DNA of 64,000 nucleotides from an uncultured Verrucomicrobiae bacterium (GTDB lineage Bacteria; Verrucomicrobiota; Verrucomicrobiia; Chthoniobacterales; Chthoniobacteraceae): positions 544,001 through 608,000 of the forward strand of contig CAVYKI010000009.1 in the NCBI GenBank assembly GCA_963769025.1, given 5' to 3'. The notes beneath the pieces are model-generated. The model saw only the letters and a list, made by a program, of their open reading frames with translations, ran no database searches and was not told where the DNA came from. Below are positions 9,502 through 17,714 of this stretch, piece after piece; position 1 is the stretch's first letter, and every line of letters starts with the position of its first letter. The position numbers were made by a program, and so were the translations under genes.

Positions 9502-9690
9502 GGGAGTGATACAAGTTCCCGCCCGAATACGCAGTTCACGCGCCCTATTTACGCGCCAAATTCATTATTGTGAAAATAGTCAGCCCGAAGTCCGAGAACG
9601 CCAATCCTTCCGTCCGGCCCGCCCAGACCAGCCGCGTAAAGGCAATGCCCAAGCGGCCACCTGTTGTGAGGGTGAAGCCCTTTTGCGCCG

Positions 9691-9816
9691 TCAGTTACCG
9701 TTTGCGCTTTCCCCCATTCCGGGAAACCCTCACGCCATGGTTTCCCTTCCCCCCGATCCCATCCCCCACCAGCCGCCGTCCTGGACGAAACCGTTGTCGC
9801 CTGCTTCTTCTTAGAC
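9691..9816 (+). repeat. Copy 1 of a ~120-bp direct repeat preceding a small orphan gene
   Basis: TCAGTT.CCGTTTGCGCTTTCCCCCATT...CATGGTTTCCCTTCC.CCCGATCCCATCCC...CCAGCCGCCGT.CTGGACGAAACCG...TCGCCT aligns with 10399-10525. Confidence 0.9.
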
Positions 9817-9832
9817 ACGCAGGGCTTCTCCC

Positions 9833-10360
9833 ATGAAAGCGACGGTTATGATTATCGGGCTTGCGAGCATCGCGCTCGGCGTGTTCCAAGCGTTCGCGAT
9901 TCCCTCATACCTTTTTCTTCTGCCGATTCCGGTTGGGGTTGGTATCCTTTTCTTTGGGTTTTCATCTCCGAAGCCACTCATCCTCGTTGCCATCGGCCTT
10001 TTCCTCACCGGTTTGGTTGTTCCCTACGCGATCACCGCATATCTGGACCAGCCGGCTGAGCCTTTGGAGTTTGTCGTCGAGCCCGGCTTCAGTGGAGACA
10101 TTCAACTCATCAAGGATACCTCGGCCGGGGTGCCCGTGAAACCCGCCAACCACGTCCTGCGCATCTACGTTCCTCCAAGCGGAGTGGTGCGCATCAACGA
10201 CGACTCATTCCTTTATCGCTGGCGTAGTTATCGCGTTGTCGATACGCAAGGAACCGTTCTCGGGTTGGAGCACGGCGAGACCACGGCTGGACGCGGCGGT
10301 GACACGGCAAGCACCCGTTTCGATGGCACGATTCATCGCTACCGAGTCGTACGGAACTAA
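9833..10360 (+). CDS. Hypothetical membrane protein (three N-terminal TM segments + small soluble domain)
   Basis: 175-aa ORF with a hydrophobic N-terminal third; visibly lower GC than the core genes. Confidence 0.7.
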   Translation: MKATVMIIGLASIALGVFQAFAIPSYLFLLPIPVGVGILFFGFSSPKPLILVAIGLFLTGLVVPYAITAYLDQPAEPLEFVVEPGFSGDIQLIKDTSAGVPVKPANHVLRIYVPPSGVVRINDDSFLYRWRSYRVVDTQGTVLGLEHGETTAGRGGDTASTRFDGTIHRYRVVRN

Positions 10361-10398
10361 GTCGGCTCAGCGCTGCGGCGACTTCCGGGCTTTGCCGT

Positions 10399-10525
10399 TC
10401 AGTTTCCGTTTGCGCTTTCCCCCATTTCCGGAAAACCCTCCCGGCATGGTTTCCCTTCCTCCCGATCCCATCCCGGCCAGCCGCCGTGCTGGACGAAACC
10501 GCCTTTCGCCTAATTCCTGTTAAGC
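10399..10525 (+). repeat. Copy 2 of the ~120-bp direct repeat
   Basis: Aligns with 9691-9816 with scattered substitutions and small indels; ends in GTTAAGC. Confidence 0.9.
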
Positions 10526-10577
10526 GTCGCTCGCGTCAGCCAGTAACGAAAACCAAACAAACAGTAACCAAAGAACC

Positions 10578-10662
10578 GTGATTAGCTCGCTTCTATTTCT
10601 CGCGTGTAGCGGCCCAGGAGCGGGACGCGCCATCGCCAAGAGTATTTCCATCGGCTACTATG
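10578..10662 (+). pseudogene. 5' fragment of a small gene truncated at the left end of the RAYT element
   Basis: A/C-rich leader (AAAACCAAACAAACAGTAACCAAAGAACC) then GTG-ISSLLFLACSGPGAGRAIAKSISIGYY, running directly into the terminal inverted repeat. Confidence 0.45.
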
Positions 10663-11786
10663 GGGAAATAGGGGTCAGGGTTCATATCTTGACAGATTCG
10701 ATGAAGTCTCGCAGCGCAGCAGGAAGCTTTTGGCTCGGTCCGGCTGTCTGGTCGCGGCGGATTTGCTGGCTCACGTTCGCCGCGCTGCCCATCCCGAGCC
10801 GCTCCGCTATCCAGCTCTGGGACACCGTCGTCCCCGCCCACAGCAGTTTCGCCAGCGCCACCTTGCGCGGGTCGCTGCCAGGCAGGCGTTGGACTTGCTC
10901 GAGCCGCAGCCCGATGGCCTCGATGCCTTTCTCCATCCACTCCTGCGCTTGCGCCCGGTCGTGCGAACGCCGCTCCGGCGCGCTCCGGTAGGCACGCCCC
11001 TTGAGCGACCCCACGGTGCGCCTCAGCCCGGCCATCAGCGTCTCTGCAAACGCCTGTGTGCCCCAATACCACCCGCGCCGCAGATGGCTGCACCGCGCGT
11101 CCATTTCCTCCGGCAGCAGCACTCCGCAGCGGGCCGCCTCCTCTTCCACCGCCCGCCGGTCCAGCCGTTCGATGAATCGCCGCCGCCCGGACGCCGTGTC
11201 CGCGCATTCCAAGACCGCGAGCCCGTGCGCCGCCGCCAGCCACTTCGCGCGGCGGCCCGCCGGCAGCGCATAGCCGCCTGCCACACTGCTCCACGCGTAG
11301 TCCATCACACCCTCCCCGCGCCGGGGCTCGATGATCCCGGCGCGCACCGGATTCAGGTGGATGTAATCCAGCAGCGTCCGGTAATAGTCGCTCGCCGCGC
11401 CTTCCACGACCACCGCCTTGTAGCGGTCCCCGAAGAGCCGTCCCCATTTGCGATGCCGCACATTGAAGCGCCGCGTGTAGGCGTTCTGCAGCCACTTCAT
11501 CCCCTCCACCAGGTTCGCCTCCGGCGTCTCGATGAACAGGTGGTAGTGATTGCCCATCAGTACCCAGGCATGGACCCGCCAGCCCGTCATCCCGCACGCC
11601 TCGGCCAGCGTCGCGAGGAAAAAGCGCCGGTCATCGTCATCCGCGTAGATCTTTTCGCGCCGGTTCCCACGCGCCATCACGTGGTAAAATCCTCCAGCCA
11701 TTTCCATTCGGATGCTTCGGGCCATGCAGCACGACTCGCGGTTCCTTCACTGCCTGTCAAGATTTGACTCCTGACCCCCATTTCCC
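10663..11786 (-). mobile_element. RAYT-type (HUH/Y1) element bounded by 33-bp imperfect terminal inverted repeats
   Basis: Left 10663-10695 is GGGAAATAGGGGTCAGGGTTCATATCTTGACAG; the reverse complement of right 11754-11786 is GGGAAATGGGGGTCAGGAGTCAAATCTTGACAG (29/33 identical). Confidence 0.8.
10682..11725 (-). CDS. REP-associated tyrosine transposase (RAYT, IS200-like Y1_Tnp) with C-terminal HTH-like extension
   Basis: YHVMARGNRRE.IY, LMGNHYHL (HUH), GRLFGDRYKA, YIHLNPVRAG, Y.WSS; C-terminal SQSWIAERLGMGSAANVSQ. Confidence 0.92.
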   Translation of the reverse strand: MARSIRMEMAGGFYHVMARGNRREKIYADDDDRRFFLATLAEACGMTGWRVHAWVLMGNHYHLFIETPEANLVEGMKWLQNAYTRRFNVRHRKWGRLFGDRYKAVVVEGAASDYYRTLLDYIHLNPVRAGIIEPRRGEGVMDYAWSSVAGGYALPAGRRAKWLAAAHGLAVLECADTASGRRRFIERLDRRAVEEEAARCGVLLPEEMDARCSHLRRGWYWGTQAFAETLMAGLRRTVGSLKGRAYRSAPERRSHDRAQAQEWMEKGIEAIGLRLEQVQRLPGSDPRKVALAKLLWAGTTVSQSWIAERLGMGSAANVSQQIRRDQTAGPSQKLPAALRDFIESVKI

Positions 11787-11916
11787 TCCACACCTTGCAC
11801 CGCACCGCACCGGCAGCATGACGCCGGATCGCCCCTTCGAGCGTGGTCGCATGGTTGTTGATTGCGGTGAGCGTGATGTTGGGATCGGCCATGGCAACTT
11901 AGACTGGATTAACCTC

Positions 11917-12864
11917 TCAGCCCTGCCTGCCCTTCAACCGTAACAACAGCCAGCCAGCGACTGTCCCGAGAATGATGGCGACCCCGGCCCACGGCACCCA
12001 GCCACTGGAACGGGATGCGGGCGACGCGGCAACGTCTGCGGTTCCAAGCTTCGGTGCGACATTTGGCTCTGAAGCTTGAGTGCCCGGCTGCTGGGTCGGC
12101 CCAATACGCTTGGCATCGTCGGGATTGGGAGGGACATTCGGCCGCGTTCGAGGCATTCCTGCTGCCGAGGAAATTCCGGGCCGGACTGCGGCGTAGTTTC
12201 CGGCGAGAATGGCACTCTCGTTGTCCTTCCACCAAGCCCGCCCGATGTCGCGCTTCTCGTTTTCGGACAAATGATGGGCACTCTGCATGGCGCGAGCCCA
12301 TGCTTTCACATCGGGTGCAAACTCGTCCGCAGCTTCCACGAGTTTCATCGTCATCCATGTCGAATACCCGGAGCGGTTAATGTTGCCCGCATTCGCCATT
12401 CGAAAATCCGTCAATTCCGCGTCGCCATCGCGGAACATGCCCCGCGCGAGATAGGGAAGCAGCCGTGGCTGTTTGGCGCGCACCGCTTCATGAAATAGAT
12501 TCGACCGCAGGGGAGCGTAAGGGCTCAATGGTTGGAAGTCGCCTAACTGGTTCCCAATGGTGTCAAGAACTTCGGCATCGGGAAGCCGTAGCAGAACCAT
12601 GCGGGCTTCGGCGGGAATCAGATAAGTCCGGGAGCGGTCGCTGGCCACAAACTCTGTTACTTCGCCGCGGGCGACTCGCTTAAGCAGCGCCAAGGTTGCA
12701 TCACGATCTGGTCCCAGACTGGTCTCGATTTCTGCCGAAGACAGCCTGTATCCAAGGTTCATCACGTCCAACACCCGCTGTTCGTTCGGAAGATGCGTTT
12801 CCGCACTCACAATTCCGATCGGGGAAAGAGCCAAGCAAATCAGATAAAAGATTACGGTTTTCAA
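11917..12864 (-). CDS. Hypothetical exported, membrane-anchored protein translationally coupled to the upstream giant gene
   Basis: TTG start overlaps the TGA of the upstream gene (TTGA). Signal peptide MKTVIFYLICLALSPIGIVSA, Pro-rich linker, C-terminal TM (WVPWAGVAIILGTVAGWLLLRLK). Confidence 0.75.
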   Translation of the reverse strand: MKTVIFYLICLALSPIGIVSAETHLPNEQRVLDVMNLGYRLSSAEIETSLGPDRDATLALLKRVARGEVTEFVASDRSRTYLIPAEARMVLLRLPDAEVLDTIGNQLGDFQPLSPYAPLRSNLFHEAVRAKQPRLLPYLARGMFRDGDAELTDFRMANAGNINRSGYSTWMTMKLVEAADEFAPDVKAWARAMQSAHHLSENEKRDIGRAWWKDNESAILAGNYAAVRPGISSAAGMPRTRPNVPPNPDDAKRIGPTQQPGTQASEPNVAPKLGTADVAASPASRSSGWVPWAGVAIILGTVAGWLLLRLKGRQG

Positions 12865-15800
12865 TTTGGGAAATATTGCCGGAACTCGACCCTCGCGTTT
12901 TCCCACGCCGCTTTCCAATCCTCATGTCGCAGCCACTTTCCAGGCTCGGAACCCGCACGCATGAGTCCAGTTGTTCGCGTAGGAAAAGGTCCGTCGTCGT
13001 GCCCACCGGGGTTGATGGTTTGGAGTGTAGTTCCCAACACCTCATATGGCTGCCCGCGAATCGCTATGCCGAAAAGATGCCCCACTTCATGCGCTACAAC
13101 CCTTTCCCGGCTTTCCAAAGATCCATCCGGCTCTTCTTCAAAATCTTCGAGATCTCCCGGGGTGAAGTTCAAATTGTGCATGAGAATCCTCCCGTCCAGC
13201 GCATAGCCTTGGGATTCGAAGGAATCAAGACGGCCAACAAATATGACCGGCACATGGCCGTTAAAGGTCGGGTTCGTTCGGAACACATTGAATTCTTGGA
13301 GTGCAGGAGTGTTTTTCTCAAGATCGGGATCCCTGAGCTTATTGTCTCCATCCTTATCCCACGGCAGTTCGGTAGGTTCTGCTACGATCTGGACTTCGAA
13401 GCGCAAGCATGCCTGGTGAAATCGAGCATTCAGTTCTTTCTGAACATCTGCTGCTTTCGGGATAGCGCCGACGTCAGTTTGGGGCGGATCGATTGAATCC
13501 CGGATTTTGTAAAGCTTGACTGGGATCGGCTGAGTCGGAACGGGCATCACCATGACTTTGAGCCGCGCGAGTTTTACTCCACCGATTCGCGCACGAACTT
13601 CAATCGTGGCTTCCTGGATTTGCCCGCCGTTTGCAGTATTACACCAAATGGTGAGCGGCTCGCTAGCTTGAGTCGGGCGGGTCGGATAGACCGAAACGAT
13701 GTCGGAGCCTTCGACCACGGCTATCTCACAGGCCTTCGCCAAACCCACGCTCTGAAAGCGGACAGCTACCTTGTTGTTGACGTTGAAATCGGCGCCTTTT
13801 CCAAGACTCGTCCACCACTCCCATTGGTCCCGGTCGGGATACCGTTCAGTCCAAATCGCCGTTCGGACTTTGTGAACGTCGTCCAGCATCGGAGGATCAA
13901 ATCCTTTATCCAAATTCTCCCGATCCGCGGCCTCGAATTCCACTGTCTCAAGAGACTGCGTTTGTCCCGGGGATGGTTGCAGGAAGATGATTTCTGATGT
14001 TTTTTGGCCCTTCTGGATGGTGAGCTGGACGAGTTCAAAAAACGGGGAGGCGTCACCGTTCCCACTGGCCTCATCCGTCGTCACCTTAATGTAGCGGCGC
14101 GTGATGTCGTGTGCCGCTCGTTCACCGTTGTCGGTCTTCAGCCAGAAGGCGAGTCGGCTTGAAAACGTTTTACCGTCATCCGCCGAGGTGCTGGCGCTCA
14201 GCGGCGTGCCATTGGGTTCGTAGAGGAGGCGTGTCGCGGGGTCGGGCTGGTCAATCGCCAGCCAGGCGTCCCGCATTCCATCAAATGCGGCGCTGGTGAT
14301 CGCGACTCCGTCCCCCTCACCTCCTCTGGGAATGTCCGTGAACCTGTAATCTCCGCCGCCTTTCCATGCCCCGGCGTACTCGGTCATACTCTCGGGTGCG
14401 GGCGGAGGCGGAGAGACGATGCGATCGTTCGACACCGTCGCTCCGGTCTTCACGTATGCGGCCGGTTCGACGATCTCGGTGGTCTTGTGGTGCGTGCCCG
14501 ACCATGCGCCCCGGAGGATCGGCGTCTCGTTCTCGTCGAGAATGGGCTCGCCTTCCGCGTCGAGCGCCTCGGTGACGGAGGTTTCCCATCCCGTTTTCCA
14601 TTCAGCACCGTCGAACTGGCCGGGCGAGGTGGAAGCGAGGGCCTTCATCCGTTCGTATTCTTCGACATCCGTCTCGGTGAGAACATCCCCGTATCGCAGA
14701 ATCTCATCACCGGTCTCGGGATCGAACAAAACAAACCCATAGGAGCCGGTCCGACTGAAGGGAGTGTCGGAAGTGGTGTAGGTCCCAGTTCCGCCTCCGC
14801 CGTACCAGTAGCCGTCCTCCGCCACGCTGCTCGCCAGCGCCACGCCGACGGCGTCCGTCGCTCCGGGCTTGAGAGCCGAAATGCGACCCTGTTGGTAGGC
14901 CTCAAGCCGGGTCAGTCCATCGGTCTCGCCATCAATGTAGCGGATCTGGCTGGCATCGCTGGCGTCGTTGGGATCCAGGCCGTATTGGTGTTCCACCACA
15001 TCGGGGATTCCATCGCCGTCGGTATCCGTGGTGGCGAAATGGGTGACGCAATAGAGGTTCGTGCTCAGGGAGGTGAGGGTATCGAGGTAGGCGGTGAGGA
15101 GGTCCGCGTCGGCGGGACGGGAGGTCGGGTCGCGCGGGTCGGTGTGAAAGACGAGGACTTCATCCCAGTTGCTCACGCCGTCGCCATCCCAGTCATTCTC
15201 GGCGACGCTCTTGGTGAAGTCATGGCTCACGATCTCGCCGGAACCATGGTTCGTAATGTCGTTAAACTCATTTGAATCCGCGACGACGTGGGAGAGGGGA
15301 ACGCTTGCGCGGGCCTTCTCGATATTCAGGATGAAGTCATTCATCGTGGCGGTGGCGCCGGGCGGCAGGTGGGCGATGGGGGCATCCACGGCGTCCGCGG
15401 GATTGTGAGGATCGAGGCCGTTGACGGTTTCGTAGAGGTCGCTCATTCCGTCGCCATCGGTGTCGGTGGTGGAATCCTGAAGCCAGTCGAGCCAGCCGCG
15501 GTCGTAGGCCTGTTTCCATGTGAGGCCGTCCGTCTCGTATTGCTGGCGTTGCGGGATATAGACGTAACGAATGGCCGCGGCGTCGGAAGGGTCGTACGGG
15601 TTCAGTCCATAGGCCAGTTCGACGGAATCCCGGATGCCATCGCCGTCGCTGTCGTTGCCGTTGTAGTAATCGGCCTGATGCGGGTCGGCGACATCGGGGA
15701 TGCCGTCGCCGTCCGAGTCCTGCCACTGCGTGTAGTAGAGTGCGGAGGTGAAGGTCACGGGGACGTTGTCCACATTGATCGTCCACGATGTGGCTCCGCC

Positions 15801-17516
15801 GGAGTAATCCAAGGGCGGCCAGACGAAGCCGGGGGTGTTATTGAACCTATCCGATGGGAAGGGGTCCACCGTGTCCGGGATGCCGTCGCGGTCGGCATCG
15901 GGGAGATATCCATAGGGATCCCGCTGGCCGAAACAGATCTGCCCGGGAAACACCTGCCATTGGGAATTGACCATGAAGGTGCCGCCTTCCCACCAGAACA
16001 TGGGAGGGTTGGCGTTGTTGGCATCCCCTGGATAGGGATCGAGGGAGTCGGGGATGCCGTCGTAATCGCTGTCCGACCAACTGCCGGGGTAGTTTCCCGC
16101 AGCCCATGTCTGCATGGTGCCGCCGATGGGGAAGGTGCCTCCCTGCCAGTAGAAATAAATTCCGTTGAGCGCATCGTTGACGTAGGGGTCGAGCGAGTCG
16201 GGGATGCCGTCTCCGTCGCTGTCGTTCCACGTCCCGGCATACCAGGTGGCGGCAAACCAGAGGGATCCGTTGGCGGCCGTGAAAGAGCCTCCGGCCCACC
16301 AGAAGCTGTGGTTGGAGCTGTCGTTCGGATAGGGATCGAGGGAATCCGGGATGCCGTCGCCGTCGGAATCCGGCTCATTGGCAGGGTGCCACTGGTCGGG
16401 GAGCCAGACCGAGGCACCGTCAACCATGTAGGAACCGCCCCACCAGACGGCACTGTTGTTCGTGGCGTCATTCGGAAACGGATCGAGGTCGTCGGGAATG
16501 CCGTCGCCATCGGCGTCGCCCGCGTTCATCGCGTGGTAGCAGCCCCCGAAGCTCTGCCACGTGCCATTCATCAGGAAGGTGCCGCCGGACCACCACCAGG
16601 TGTTGTTGGCGGAATCCGTGGGATAGGGATCGAGGTCGTCGGGGATGCCGTCTCCGTCGGAGTCCGGGCTGATGAGGCCGCTGTGATAGACGGCGTCGAA
16701 GTTCGTGGGGATGCCATTGATGAGCCAGTCGCCTCCGGCCCAGTAGTATTGCGTGTTGTTCCACGGGTCATTGGGGTACGGGTCGATCGCGTCCGGGATG
16801 CCGTCGGCGTCGGCGTCCTCGGTGCCGCAGCCGTAGAGGTACCATTCGGAGTACGAGCTGGTACTGGCCATCGAGGAGAAATGTGCCGCCGGGCCAATGG
16901 TACATCGTGGGGCTGGCGAGGTTTGCCAACGTCGGCTCCATGCAGTCGGGCACCTGGTTTCCATTGGTGTCCGCGGCGCTGCCGGCGAACCACTGCGCCC
17001 GGACCAGATAATTGCGGTTCTCAAAGAGCACCGTGCCGCCGGGCCACCAGAAGCTGTTGTTTGTGATATCGGCTGGATAGGGGTCGAGGCTGTCCGGGAT
17101 GCCGTCCCAGTCGCTGTCTCCCTGAAGGCACCACTGCGCGGGGAAGGACGCAGAAACGCCATCCACGATGAAGGGATTGCCACTGGAAAAGTGATAGCTG
17201 CCGCCACTCCACCACGTGAGTTGCCCCGAGTTCAGGGCTTGCTGGAACCGGTCCACATAATCAGGCGTGCCATTCCCGTCTTCGTCCGCCATGTCCGGCC
17301 CATTCGGAGGCTCGGTGTCCGACGGGTTCATCGGCAGCCACTGCCAAGAACCCGTGTAACTGCCGCCGGTGTCATAGGTGGAAGCCGGGACGTAGATCGC
17401 GTCCGTGCGGAGGGCGGGTGAAATCGTCCAGAAAAGGATGATGACGAACTGGAGCCAGCCTACCGCAGGGCGGCGGCAGCAGGTGAGAGCGCTCGGGGGG
17501 GGGGTACCGTTTTCAT
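12861..17516 (-). CDS. Giant secreted protein: TSP3-like DxDGDGIPD Ca-binding repeats + C-terminal HExxH zinc-metalloprotease-like domain; two frameshifts
   Basis: ATG at 17516 with AAGGA upstream; frame breaks at the C10 tract (17495-17504) and near 16858. ORFs 16768..17331 and 12861..17207 join into one repeat protein. C-terminal VVAHEVGHLFG...GGHDD...GLM. Confidence 0.8.
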
Positions 17517-17553
17517 GGCCAGTTTTTTCCTTTGGGTGGACCGACGGGCAGCG

Positions 17554-17582
17554 CGGCTACCAGCCGGGTGGGATGCTGTCAA
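17554..17582 (-). promoter_or_regulatory. Possible sigma70-type promoter of the giant repeat-protein gene
   Basis: Perfect TTGACA, 17-nt spacer, weak -10 (TAGCCG) preceded by TG. Confidence 0.3.
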
Positions 17583-17714
17583 AGGAAAAAGGATGAAATC
17601 ATGGCACGCTGGGAAATAGCGCTGATGCCGGCCGGTCTCATGGATCGCCTGAGCCGTGAGGATCTGTGGGATCTTTTCCGATATCTCTCCGGACTTGGGA
17701 AAGAGCGCTAGCCG

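Noticed and set aside
9549..9560. TTACGCGC(C)AAA shared with 28740-28750, upstream of both leader-gene modules
   Set aside because: Too short and GC-rich to distinguish from chance by eye.
12853..12864. Giant gene and its partner both begin MKTV
   Set aside because: A common signal-peptide opening; the similarity does not extend further.
12861..17516. Diversity-generating retroelement or intein in the giant repeat gene
   Set aside because: No reverse transcriptase, no adenine-specific TR/VR pair and no intein motifs were seen.
6531..17516. Prophage or integrative element covering the accessory island
   Set aside because: No integrase, terminase, capsid, tRNA target or flanking att repeats were found.
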